NCBI RefSeq assembly: GCF_006345805.1
Contig: NC_043000.1
Coordinates: forward strand, 58,280,001-58,344,000
DNA: 64,000 nt
Direction: 5' to 3'
Source: Octopus sinensis
Taxonomy: Eukaryota
The notes beneath the pieces were generated by a model. It was not told the DNA's origin. It saw nothing but the letters and a program-made list of their open reading frames with translations, and searched no databases. Each line of letters begins with the position of its first letter. Position 1 is the first letter of the stretch. The position numbers and the translations under genes are program-made. Below, in pieces: positions 1-12,954 of the stretch.

Positions 1-1135
1 CAAGTCAATAGAGTTACAGCAGTTATTAGACATCAAGATCATGGTTTTGACAAACTGTCCACAAAGCTTTGTAGCAGTGGCTGTAGTGGGGAAAGGTCCA
101 ATAAGATGGTAAGCTGAGAGCTCCATGAGGTTGAGAGGGGAAAAAGAATGAATACGTCCTTTGAAGAGGTAGTGCTTCAGATGTCATGAGACCCATATGA
201 TCAAGGACTGCAAGAAGCCCAAATCAGAATTGATCTGTTACCAATGTGATAATTGTATATGACTGCCACCATCACACAAGTAATTTCGTACATTTCTGGC
301 TATGAGGAAGTATTGCCTTGCTTGGAAACAAATGAAGGATGGCAACATAAAAAAGATCTACCTTAATAAACTTAGTCCAATCAATGCAGCATGGAAAAGT
401 TGACATTAAAACATTGCCAGCAGCAGCAAGAGTCTGGATTTTTTTGTTTTTTACTATTCATTCTGGAGCGAGGGTCAGTGCTTATGACTCTTCATAGGAT
501 CACTGTCACTAGTGAGAGAGAGGGAATGAGGAATGAATCTTCATACTAGAGCCCTAATTGTAACAGATCGCACACTGCTAAAGGAACTCATGAGTCAGGT
601 GGTAGAATCAAACTAAGCAACATATTACATCTACCAACCTAATTAAGTTGCTGTACGATTTGAACTCAGAATGCAAAATACTGGAACAAATAGCACATGA
701 CACCTCATCAAATACTGTAATGATTTCACCAGTCCATCACCCTAACACATCTTATTTTTTGCAACCTCAGAAAGGTGAAAACTAAAGCTGATCATGGCAG
801 GATTTGAACTCTGAATGCAAGAAACTGAGATAACTAATGCAAAGCATTTATTCTGATACTCTAACAACTGTGCCAACTTGCTGTTTTGGGGCTTTGTTAG
901 ATAGATTAGGTTAATGTGGTCAAGGTTCCTCCTGAATAACAGCTGCATATTGATGTTGCAAGATAAAGACTGGTAAATACTTGTTAACGAGCCTCTGTAA
1001 GAAGTTAAAGACTTACTTATAGCAAATTTTCATAAAGTTATTAAGAACTTCAGCACTTAAAAATTCTTTGAAAGGTTATAAACACATAATATCTCCTGAA
1101 TGGAATTTTAGTTTGAAATCAAAACAAAATGTAAA

Positions 1136-1275
1136 CTAATACATACATGCATATGTGATATACACATATGTGTAGCTATTGCATGTGCATGAAGTTTGCT
1201 GTATGTATGAGCGTATGTTTGTGTGTGTAGGTATGTAGGTATGTATGTATGTATGTATGTGTGTTGTGTGTGTGT

Positions 1276-1309
<34 letters not shown>

Positions 1310-1517
1310 CTTGTGTTTGTTTCTGTGATGTGTTGTGTGTGTAGATACGTATGAGAACTTATGTACTGACATACTCATGCTTGCGTGTATGTATGTATGT
1401 ATGTATGTATGTACACATGCATGCATATGTGTGTGTGTATGCATGTGTGTGTGTATATATATATGTATATATAAATATATATATATATACATATATATAT
1501 ACATATATATAATATAC

Positions 1518-1578
<61 letters not shown>

Positions 1579-1751
1579 ATATATATATATATACTATACA
1601 TATATATATATACATAATATATATAATACATATATATATATATATATACATATATAATATATATATATCATATATATATATACATATACATATATATTAT
1701 ACATATATATATATATATACATATATATATACATATATATATATACATATA

Positions 1752-1799
<48 letters not shown>

Positions 1800-1835
1800 T
1801 ATATACTATATATTACTATATATATATATATATAG
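1136..1835. repeat. Compound (TG)n/(TATG)n/(TA)n microsatellite
   Basis: Direct reading; source of the spurious Y/I-rich ORFs. Confidence 0.97.
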
Positions 1836-4180
1836 AAAAAAGTAAAGAGTGAAAAAACTACAGAAGGCTTAAATGTTAAAAAATATATATATTTGCGTCA
1901 TATGTCTGAAGAATATTAAAATTAAAAAAAAAAAATTTTCTCTCTTATAATGACATAATTTAAAAGAAAGACCGGTTTCGTGTGTAGCTTTTCAAATTTC
2001 TTGCGACGTTATGTTTATGTTGAATAGAGTTTTCGTTATGTTTATGTTCAGGAGAGTTCTAAATAAGGGAAGGTAGTGAGTGATTTCTTCCGGTGTAAAG
2101 GAGATAATCGCTTAAAAATTTTTTCCTTTCCCTTGGTGTGAATTTCTCTGTATCAGTATGTTCGGATGGTTGAGTCTGGGCTTGTACTTTTCAATGAAGA
2201 ATGTTTCCTTGTTTAGTCTAATTTGTGTTGATGATCTGAAAGCACATTGGTAAAATGGAAAGATTAAGAATTGTGGTAGTAGTTGCTTTGCGCATTTCTC
2301 AATGTGCTCACTAAAAGGTATCATTCTATATTCTGGGAATGCAATTTGTTGTCGATGCAGTGTGCATCTCCGTCTGAGTGATAGTCCCGTGGAACCCACG
2401 TAGTCTTGGTGGCAGCCCGAGCATTTTATGACATAAATTATGTTTTCAGAGGCACAAGTAAAGTTAGATTTGATCTTGAATTTCTGTCCCTCTTTAAAGA
2501 GGAATTCTGATCCTTCTAGCAGGTTAGGGCATTTGTTCACAGTTTGATCTACCACATTTTTTTACTTTTGCATCCGTAATTTCAGAAGACAATTTTGCCT
2601 TTGTGAGAATTTTTAAGTGATTTAGGCTGTTTGTAGCTTTTAATGATTTGGTGTTGTTTAGAATTTCCTTTAATTTGGGGTCTTTATGAAGTATTGGTAA
2701 ATTCTGGGTGATGATGGTGAAGGCTTCTTTTGTTTCTGGGGTTGTATGTAGATATGTAAGGTAGTATTTTCGGGAAGGTGTGTTGTTGTGTTGACTTTTC
2801 TTAAAGTTTCTATGTTGATTTCTGTTGCACGTCTGATCCCATCCTCTATGAGTTGAGCTGGGTAATGTCTGTCAATTAGGGTGTTTTTGAGTTCTTGCAG
2901 TCTAAAGTTCCTGGTATTTTGTTCTGACACTATTGTGCATATCCTTCTTGCAAGGTTGAAGGGATGTTTGTTTTAGTGTGTCTTGGGTGGCATGAATAAA
3001 AAGAGGTATTGTTTGGCGTCTGTGGCTTTGTAAAAAATGTCTGTTTCTATTTTAAGGTTAATTTTTTAATTAGTATATCCAAGAACGGGAGCTCCTTTTG
3101 GTTGTATTCCATTGTGAACTGTATATTTGGGTTTATGCTGTTCAATAGGTTTTTAAATTTTAGGAGTTTATCTGTGTTTTCATTCCAGAGAATAAAACAA
3201 TCGTCTAAGAATCGTTTCCAATTCTCTTTTATGTATTGAGAGAGGGGGTTTCCAAAGATTGATAAAGATTCCTGGTAAATGATTATTTCCATGTATCCCA
3301 TTGTTAAGTTCGCAATGACTGGTGCTGCCCTTGTACCCATAGCAATTCCGGATTTTTGACAGTAAAATGTATTGTCAAACATGAAGTGGTTATTGTGTAG
3401 GATGAATTCAATTGATTTAGTAATGAATTCTTTACTGATCCTTTTTGGTATTTCTTCCGGAAATTGGTCTAATCAGAACTGTATTGCCTCCAGTCCATAA
3501 TTATGAGGTATACTGGTATATAATTTAACTACATCAAATGAAACCAGGATAGTTTCTTCCTTGGCTTTTTTTGGAAGGTGGTTTAACATATCTAAGTCAT
3601 CTCTGATATGGCTATCGATATGTTTAAGGAAGGGTTTCAGGAGGATGTCCATAAGTAGACTTAGTCTGTGTGTTTCACAGGTTGGGCCAGCTACAATGGG
3701 TCGTAGTTTTAGGTCCCCTGGGTTAGGTGCGTGTATATATGCCTTTGGTGATTTTTTAATGGTTTCATTTATAATTTGACTTTTATGAATTTTTGGCAGA
3801 CCATAGAAAAGGCTAGGTTTGCATTTAAAGTTTGTTAGGAAGTCAATCTCTTTGGTTGTTAGTTCCTTTTCATGGGTTTTAATTAGTGAAGAAAGAGTTT
3901 TCATTATTTTTTGTGGGGTGTAGTTGGTAATTTTTTCATAATGTAGGTCGTCATCAAGCAAGGAAATTACAAGATTTCTGTAGTATGATGTATCCATTAT
4001 TACAACTGCATTTCCCTTGTCTGCTTCCTTAATGGTTATATCCTCATCATTTTGAAGTTCTATCAGTTCTTTCCATTGTGTAGTGTTAAAATTTGAGTTA
4101 ACTTTCTGTTTATGTATAGTATGGTAGGGAAAGTTCTCAATGTGGTTACAGAATTCGTCAAGATCTTTATTTCTTCCTCT
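1836..4180 (-). mobile_element. Penelope-like retroelement (RT + GIY-YIG), 5'-truncated, frameshifted; Cys linker suggests Neptune-type
   Basis: ORF pieces: KEADKGNAVVIMD, FYGLPKIHK, FDVVKLYTSIP, GIAMGTRAAP, RFLDDCF, then CGRSNC/KC linker and YVIKC..C..DYVGST..LRRR..H (GIY-YIG). Confidence 0.92.
1964..2002 (-). ncRNA. Degenerate minimal type I hammerhead ribozyme motif at the 3' end of the Penelope element
   Basis: Minus strand AAGAAA-TTTGAAAA-GCTACACAC-GAAA-CCGG-TC-TTTCTT: perfect 6-bp stem I and palindromic stem III ACCGGT; core and stem II mutated. Confidence 0.55.
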
Positions 4181-4244
4181 TTATTTCTTCCTCTTTATTT
4201 CTTCCTCTTTATTTCTTATCTATATATATATAAGATCTTTATTT

Positions 4245-5310
4245 ATATATATATCTATACTCTTTTACTTGTTTCAGCCATCCGGCTGAGGCCATGCCGG
4301 GGCACCGCCCTTGTTGCTACCCTCTCTAAGTCCAGTTTGCCGTGGCTGGCCACTGATCTAAGAGAGAGTTTGTAGCTGCTGCCCTTAGGTTACCTTCGTA
4401 CCTTGCAGTGGGTTCATCTGGGATCCCGGAAAGCAGCTTGTCTAGATGTTTTTTGAAAATGTCCACATCCGCATCATGTAGATCTCTTAGTTTTCTTGGC
4501 AGTTTGTTGAACAGCTGAGGGCCCCTGAACCCCAGGCTATTACAGTATCTGCTCCTTACCCTGGATGTGGAAGACGGGACCTTTGGCACCACACAGTGAC
4601 GTCCTGTACGGGGATTGGAACAGCTCTCAATTCCAAAATTTGGTGCTAGTCCCTCCAGGATTTTCCATATGTATATCACTGCATATCTCTCTCGTCTGCG
4701 TTCCAAGGAGTACAAATTGAGTTCCCTAAGCCTCTCCCAATAGTTCTTTTCTTTCATGGTGGAAATCCTCTTGGTGAAATGTCTTTGGATTGTCTCAAGC
4801 TCTGTGGTTAGTTTGACACTATGCGGTGACCACAGTTGGGAGCAGTAGTCCAGGCGGCTTAGGACAAATGTCCTCCATAGTGTCAACATGGTCTCGCAGT
4901 CTCTTGTCCGGAATGTCCTCAGGATCCAGCCAGTGAGTCGTCTGCACATTGTCGCCACCTTCGCGATGTGTGAAGAAAAAGATGCATCGTCACTCATGTC
5001 TATCCCCAGGTCCCGTATTGATTTCGATACTGGGATTTCGATCCCTCCTGGGCCAGTATAGTTGTGTTGTAATTTATATGTGTTTACAGCTTGATATTGT
5101 AAGGCTTGAAATTTACCAGCATTAAATTGCATGTTGTTGTCTTCAGCCCATTTGTATATGGCATCCAGATCTTGTTGTAAAACGTCAGCATCAGCTGGGT
5201 TTTTGATTGCCTGTGCTACCTTTGTGTCATCAGCATAGCTAGTGAGGGATGTTGTTTGTGCTACCAAGGGCATGTCAGAGAGCGCCACCAAAAACAGCAA
5301 GGGTCCCAAG
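4245..5310 (-). mobile_element. CR1-group LINE, 5'-truncated, uninterrupted 327-aa RT C-terminal ORF plus 3' UTR
   Basis: LGPLLFL, YADDTK, LQQDLD..W..N.M.FN..K, RDLGI, LDYCSQLWSPH, LE.IQR.FTK, LYSLERRR; flanked by an identical 27-bp direct repeat. Confidence 0.93.
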
Positions 5311-5373
5311 ATCTATATATATATAAGATCTTTATTTCTTATCTATATATATATATATATACATATATGTATA

Positions 5374-5427
<54 letters not shown>

Positions 5428-5495
5428 TATAATATATATATACACAAATATATACATATATACATACATATATATATATATATATATACACACAA

Positions 5496-5526
<31 letters not shown>

Positions 5527-5530
5527 CACA

Positions 5531-5571
<41 letters not shown>

Positions 5572-5729
5572 AATATATACATATATATATACATATATAT
5601 ATGTATGTATATATATATGTATGTATATATATATATATGCATATATATATATATATACATATATATATACATATATATATATATACATATATACATATAT
5701 GAATATATATACATATATATATACATATA

Positions 5730-5773
<44 letters not shown>

Positions 5774-5800
5774 ATAAATACACACACACACATACATACA
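5311..5800. repeat. Long (TA)n-type microsatellite
   Basis: Direct reading. Confidence 0.97.
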
Positions 5801-5923
5801 CATTTGTGTACATACAATCTACACATCCAGTATATAGCAGCAAACTTGGTTTACTTTAAATTGATATACTCAACATAGCGTAATATATGCTATTTCATGT
5901 AATATATTCCAGGCTTCCACTAA

Positions 5924-5989
<66 letters not shown>

Positions 5990-6697
5990 ATGTAGGTCTA
6001 GTATTCATGCCTGAAGTATAACTGTGAAAGTTATCTATGAGAATTTAAAACTCGAATAGTTTTCTAGAAATTAAAAGAAAGGAAGAAAGAAATAAAGAGC
6101 ACACTACAATAAAAAATAAACAACAAACAAAAACAAATATAAAAAACAAACGTTCTGTACCATACTGAACTATATATAAGTTGGAATATATAACTTGTAA
6201 TTTTATTAGGATACAACTATTTTATTCCTTTAGATTCTGTGAACTATGTTGGAAATAAATCTGGCTTTTTACTGATAAGAATCCTACTCAACCACCTCTA
6301 TAAACAAATGCATTTCCCAATGTTTTCTTCAGTTATCTGTATCAGTTAGGAAAAGAGATAAATAGAAGTGAAATGGCTAAGTATTGGAAAACATGCTCAC
6401 ATGACTTTGAGTTCAAATTTATTGCAGACAATTTTTTTCTTTCTTTCCAGGAGAAAGAATGCCCTTGTATCTACATTATCTCATTTTGTCTAGTTTTAAC
6501 AAGGACCATGTGAGATTTTTCTTTGGAATGAATTGGCATCTTTTCCAAGTGAAAAGCTGTCTCTCATTTGCTTAGCACAATGAAACTACAGCTAAGCTCT
6601 TAACTGTTAAGTTTCCTTGAATCCCTTGAAATTTTTGGATGTATTTTTATATTTATGAATAGGATGTTTCATCTGCCACTTTTGACCTTCCATTATC

Positions 6698-7157
6698 CAT
6701 TACACTGTGTAACTTGACTTTTGTCCTTGGGTAGCAAATGTTATTTCCTATTTGCTTACCCCTAGAAAGTATGAAAAATGGTTAATATTTCCTTCAAACT
6801 TTCCTTTTGTTACATTTATTCAAACCCCAAAGAATCCCTCTCAACACATGGCGATGATGCTCCCTTACTACTCCTGCTCATGATCAGAGATGTACAAATT
6901 GTCAACCACTAAGGAACATGCCCAAGTGGTAATGATCAAGCATTTGACAAGCAAATCTCCGGTATTAAGTAGAATATTTACTATAATTAAGTAGAATATT
7001 TACTATAATGATATTTCTGCTGAATCTGTCTGAAATGTAATGGAAAATAGATCAGTTTGAAAACATTGGTGTTCAGGTCAGAAAAACAGAGGCTGAAAGG
7101 AATAGTAGTAATTTTGTTTGGTTTCTAGATAGAAGCAAATAAGAAATAACATTTACT
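6698..7157. repeat. Partial copy of the TTAA-MITE family at 19547-20173
   Basis: Co-linear similarity (ttacactgtgtaac...gaatccctctca...atgatcaga...gaaatgtaatggaaaatag...ctagatagaagcaaata). Confidence 0.75.
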
Positions 7158-7624
7158 AACCAAAGACCAAAGAAAAACTAAAAATTTTGTTACATAGTGT
7201 CATGAATTGACTCAGTATGCTTCCCAACACCCATATAATTTCTAAACAGTCTAATGTATCAGCCTGTTTTATAGATAAGCACTTAATCTCAGTTACTTTG
7301 CAATCATTTTCTTGTCAACAAGTTGTGTCCTTTCTCCTTTTATCCTACCGCTATTACTAGGTTGATGTCCTTTCAATTTGCTGACTTAATATAGCTCAAG
7401 CTAAACACATAGGTCCCAGTTATTTCTTTGCTTACCATTTGTACCTCTCTAACCTTCGTCCTCAAATAAGCACAACCAATCCTTTCTCTTGGCCTATGTT
7501 TTAAACAACTTGTAGCTTTTAAACTGAACATATATTCGTTTTTAATGTTACTAAACTTTTTCTTGGATAGCTTAGAAGACAATGGGTCACGACTTTTCTT
7601 TGCTGGTTAAATAATATTTAATGA

Positions 7625-7945
7625 TGCAGACACAAATGTGGCTGTGTGGTAAGAAATTTGCTTCCCAGTTACTTGGTTCTGGGTTCAGTCTCACTGCATG
7701 ACTCCTTGGGCAAGTGTTTTTTTAACTTGAAACTATAAGAAGCCTGTTGCATATGTTTGTGTGTGCCTTTGTGTCTGTATTTGCCCATCCACTGTTGGGG
7801 TGTTAGCGGTTCAGCAAAAGAGACTGAAAGAATAAGTACCAGACTTTACATAAATAAAATAAGTGCTGGGGTTGATTCATTTGACTAAAAGTTCTTCAAG
7901 GTGGTGCCCCAGTGTGGCCACAGTCTAATGACTGAAACAAGTAAA
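7625..7945 (+). mobile_element. Major tRNA-derived SINE (family 1)
   Basis: Head tggctgtgtggtaag...gggttcagtc, body, tail ggtgccccag..tggcc.cagtctaatgactgaaacaagtaaa. Confidence 0.85.
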
Positions 7946-8016
7946 TGATGAAACATAATAGACATATAATATTATATTATGCTTTTGCTTAGATATAGTG
8001 ATACTAATTCAATGAC

Positions 8017-8350
8017 TGGCATCCATGCTAGTGGAGCACTAAGAGTACCATCCGAGTGTGATGATTGCCAGTGCAGCTGGACTGGCTCCTGTGCAGGTGG
8101 CACATAAAAAACACCATTTGAGCATGGCCGTTGCCAGTACTGCCTGACTGGCCCTCGTGCTGGTGGTACATAAATGCACCCTCTACACTCTTGGAGTGGT
8201 TGGCGTTAGGTAGGGCATCCAGCTGTAGAAACTCTGCCAGATTAGATTGGTGCCTGGTGCAGCCATCTGGTTAGCCAGTCCTCAGTCAAATTGTCCAACC
8301 CATGCTAGCATGTAAAGCGGACGTTAAATGATGATGATGATGATGATGAA
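8017..8350 (+). mobile_element. SINE-like repeat with internal tandem units and (GAT)n tail (family 3, RTE-type tail)
   Basis: Ends aacccatgctagcatg..aagcggacgttaaatgatgatgat; other copies at about 40608-40945 and 57985-58460. Confidence 0.75.
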
Positions 8351-8431
8351 TAACCAATTGTAAGAACTTACAATTAGTTTGTTTAACTACTAACCATCTG
8401 TTCTAAATAATCTAATATTTCTTTATGGTAA

Positions 8432-8870
8432 AATAGTGAGTTGGCTGAATCATTAGCACACTGGGCACAATGCTTAGCAGCATTTCGTCCATCTTTATGT
8501 TCTGAGTTCAAATTCCTCTAAGGTCAACTTTGTCTTTCATCTCTTTGGGGTTGATAAAATAAGTACCAGTCAAGCACTGGGGTCAATGTACTTGACTTAC
8601 TCCCTCCCTGAAATTGTTGGTCTTGTGCCAAAACCTGAAGCCAATATATTTACTTGGTAAGGCTGTGTAGTGGCAGATCTTTAGCATGCTGTGCAAAATG
8701 CTTATCGGCATTTTGTCTGTCTTTTACGCTCCAAGTTCAGATCTCGCTGAGATTGACTTTGCCTTTCAGGGTCGACAAAAATGAGTACCAGTCAAGCATT
8801 GGGGTTGATTTAATCAACTTACTCCCTCCCACAAAATTGCTGGCTTTGTGCCCACCAAAGTTTGAAACCA
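8432..8870 (+). mobile_element. Two tandem copies of SINE family 2 (gtgagctggcagaatcgttagc head)
   Basis: A-box-like tggcagaatc and B-box gagttcaaat; shared body and tail. Confidence 0.8.
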
Positions 8871-9506
8871 ATATTTCCTTATGGTGTATTTTCATACTCT
8901 ACTATGAAATTTACCATGTGATGAGATAAATTTGTAATTGGTGATCAATCTAATGTGTATTAAAGATGCACTAAACAACATGCTGTGACAAACTAAGCGA
9001 AAATGCAACTGTGAATGCATTGTGTTTAACACATCCTGTTATTTTGTGTGTGTGTGTGTGTGTGTATGAAAAGTAGGTGAAATTCTAAGAGAAAAGGGAA
9101 ATACTAGTGGAGTTGATTTAAATAACAGTCTTTTGTAATAGAACACTTCAATGGTTATTATGAGAGTAACACTGTTATGTTTTAGTCTTAGACGATTACA
9201 TATGAAAAATTGCTATGCCAGGATTGTGTGAATTTAGGACATAAAAGTCTTTTATGGCCTTACTCGTTTTTCACTTAAGATTTTTAATATGTTATACATC
9301 ATGCATATATGTGTTAATGTAATAACATATTCTATTGCATAACTTCTCTCATATACATTGCCACACATACAATCATACACACATATTCCTGTTCTATCAT
9401 TATAACTATTATTGTTTCATATGCAGACATTTTATTTATCTCTCATACACACATACATACATATACTTTATTTCACACATTCAAACACTACTTAAAATTT
9501 ATGTCT

Positions 9507-10651
9507 ACAGGGTGTCCCAAAATTAAGGCAACCAACTTTTTCCAGTTTTGCCAAAGCAAAATATTGTTATATTTTGGGTCCGAGTGCAATGGTAAAAGTT
9601 ACACAATTATGACACCACCACATTTAATCAATATGACCACCTCTGTTTTGAATCACAGTCTTAAGCCTAGGTGCAAATGCTTCACACAGGGCATGCTACT
9701 GTTCTTGCAGAATTGAAGCCCATTCCTGATGCAGTTTTGCCTTCAGATTGTCAAGTGAAGCATGAGGAGTGCTCAAGACTCTCATCTCCAAAGTGGACCA
9801 AACAGAAAATTTCAATGGGTTGAGGACGGGGCTTCTTGAGGTCCATACATCCTTGAATATGATCAACAGAAAGTTTTTCTGAATTCAGTGTTGTGTCTGT
9901 TTGGAGCTGTGGGATGGTGCTGAATCCTGTTGGAGGATCCAATGTGTGCCTTGAAAGTACTAATTTGCCATGGAAGCACCTCAGCTTGTCACTAATGTAT
10001 CGCTGGGTGTTAATTTTAACGAGGGGAGATCTTCCAGTGGTTGTCACAGCTGCCCAAACCATAAGTGACTGTGGATTTTGATGTTGATTTACAAGTCCAC
10101 CCTTGACTGAACCAGATACACTCCAAAGTTGGTCATTCTAATGGTTTATTGTCCATTTAATGTCAAATTTCTTTTCATCAGTGAACCCCAAGTTGGGCAG
10201 CATGCCTTCAGCAATCTGATGCAAGATAAGATGACTTCTTTCTAGTCTCATAGCCTTATAATCCTGTCTGAGCTCATGATGGTAGATCATCTTGTAAGGG
10301 TTGGTCCTGACATCTTTCTTCAGCACTCAATAAATCGATGTTCGGCTTATTTTTGCTATAGCTACCAGTTTTCTGATGGAATGATGAGAATTTTGCCATA
10401 ACTTTTCTCTGGTACTTTTGATAAACTGAGGTATCTGCACATTTCTTTTTGGCCAATTCCAGGTTGATCAGTTGTGGAACTAATCTCTTGAAATTTCCTG
10501 GCAATTTTCCAGGCTGTTGTTTGGTTAATTTTAAGCTTTTTTGCTATAGCTGTATTACTTTCACCTCCTTTGTAGAGAGTTATGATTGTATTTTAATCTA
10601 TAAATTAATTTATAAATCTAGATTTATTTAGTCTGAAATAAAAAGACACAC
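9507..10651 (-). mobile_element. Degenerate maT-like (DD37D) Tc1/mariner transposon
   Basis: FTDEKKF, MVWAAVTTTGRSPLV, decayed WPP.SPDLNP region, ...NRGGHIE; TIR cagggtgtcccaaaatt at 9508. Confidence 0.75.
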
Positions 10652-11189
10652 TTATCTTTTATAATGATGTATAATTTTCATATCTTATCATATTCATTGA
10701 TAGTTATTAAAGCCTGAAACTTTGGTTGTCTTAATTTCAGGATACCTTGTATACTTATATGCACACACTTCCTTACTCTTTGTCCCTCTCAAATATACAT
10801 GCAACATGCAGTACTTGTGTACATTTACATATACACATGCTTACAGACATACTTACATATACATGTATGCATACATGCATACGTCCATCTCAAAATACAT
10901 CAGAGATGCATTATGAAGCAGAAGTCCACCAAAGTGTTCTATAAACTAGGTTTTGAGAAATATAAATTAATGTAATGATCTGTAGACTATCATTAATTAA
11001 AAAACAACTCAAAGCATATGTTTTAAATTTTTTTTCTTTTTTCAATTCAGTTTATCTATAGAACATATGTTCCCAACCTTTTTTTGCACCACAGACCAAT
11101 GTTATACAAGCATTTTTCCATTGACCAGGAGATCACACATATACCAAAACACAAGTGCATAATACATATTTTAATTATTACATATATAA

Positions 11190-11412
11190 TATATAGTTGC
11201 TGGGTTTTGGTTTGAAATTGGTGATGTAGTTTCTTTCATTATTGGTAAGAGAGTTGTAATGTTTTGAAACCAGGTTATTGACCGTCTTCATGATGTGGTG
11301 GTCTATGTTTGTAGGCATTTCACTGTAGAATGTTGTCCTTCAATTGGTCCTCAACTAAACCCCTGTAGTATTCAACATCTATTCTAACAATTGCACCCAC
11401 TTTATCTGCTTG
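11190..11412 (-). mobile_element. Penelope-like RT N-terminal fragment
   Basis: IIKQADKVGAIVRIDVEYYRGLVEDQLKD, homologous to KEADKGNAVVIMDTSYY of the element at 1836-4180. Confidence 0.7.
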
Positions 11413-11506
11413 TTTAATGATGCATGTACAAACACGCACACACCCACACCCACATATAAGTGCATGCATGCACACACGTGTGCATACACACATGCATATA
11501 GATGAA

Positions 11507-11554
<48 letters not shown>

Positions 11555-11561
11555 TATATAT

Positions 11562-11606
<45 letters not shown>

Positions 11607-11676
11607 TATTACATATATAATACCTGTATAATGCAGAATCACCCTACAGACAGCAATAGTCAATAAAACAGAAATA

Positions 11677-12954
11677 CCAGGTTGAGTAAAAAGTAAGCAC
11701 TGTTTTGAATCATCAAGGATTTGTACTGGATTTTTGCAGAGTTTTGAATTTTTTTAAACATGTTTTTGCAATTGTCTGATAATACAGACATAGACTTGCC
11801 CAAATGCATCAAGAAATTAACATTAATATTTTTTTCACCATTGTTACAATCATCTGAAATGAAACTGTCAAAACATGATATTCAAGCAATTTTGCTATTC
11901 AACTTCAAAAAAGGATGTAAAGCAGCTGAAACTGCTTGTGATATCAACAAAACTTTTGGTGAGGAAATGACCAGTGAATGGTCAACTTGAAAACGATTTC
12001 ACCATGGAGACCTGAGCCTTGAAGATTATGAGCATAATGGACGTACATCTGTCATTGATGACGGTCAATTAAAGATTGTCATTGAGTAAGACCCACATAA
12101 AACCACTGAAGAACTGGCAAAAGAACTTCAAGTTAGCCAGAAAACTGCCTGCAACCATTTGCATGCGATTGGAAAATCAAAAATGCTCGACAAATAGGTA
12201 CCACACAATTTGAATGAAAATCAGAAAATGCACAGATATGAAATTTGCTTGTCACTTCTTCTCCATAACCAGACCAATCCATTTCTCAACCATATTGTAA
12301 CTTGTGGTGCAAAGTGGATTCTGTACAATAATAAAAAATGTCCTTCGCAGTGATTGGACCAAAATGAAGCACTGAAAACCTTCCTTAAACCCAAGCTCTT
12401 CAAAAAGAAGATTATGGTGACTGTTTGGTGGTGTGCTGCTGGACTCATCCACTGTAACTTCTGAAAACCCAGAAAAACCATTACTGCAGAAACATATTGC
12501 CATGAAATTGCCAAAATGAATGAAAAACTGCTACTCCTTCATCCTAGACTGGTCAACAGAAGAGGGCCAATCATTCTTCATGAAAATGCTCGACTACACG
12601 TTTCACTAATGACACTCCAGAAGTTGAGGAAACTTGGCTATGAAGTTCTTCCCCACCCAGCTTATTCCCCAGACCTTTCTCCTACTGACTACCACTTTTT
12701 CAAGCACCTTGGTGGATTCCTGTGAGAGAGGGAGTTAAAAAATGAAACTGATGCTGAAAGTGCAATTCAAAAGGTTCATCAGCTCCAGAACTCCAGATTT
12801 TTATGTTACCAGAATAAACAAACTTAGAATTCATTAGCAAAAATGAGTTGATTGTAATGGTACTTAATTTTAATGAATAAAAAATCCACATTGTTGAAAT
12901 ATATTGTGATGAATTTCATGCTTCAAAACGTTGCTCACTTTTTACTCAACCTGA
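11677..12954 (+). mobile_element. Full-length (about 1.28 kb) mariner, Hsmar1/cecropia-like, pseudogenized transposase about 11859-12873
   Basis: TIR caggttgagtaaaaagt at both ends, TA site; IQAILLFNFKKG.KAAET, VPHNL, IVTC..KW, HENAR, HPAYSPDLSPTDYHFFKHL; multiple stops. Confidence 0.93.

Noticed and set aside
1136-1651. Long Y/I/H/T/C/V-rich ORFs here and at 5242-5878, 36048-36450, 38760-39077, 40783-41151, 54396-54693
   Set aside because: Translations of (TA)n/(CA)n/(TACA)n microsatellites, not genes.
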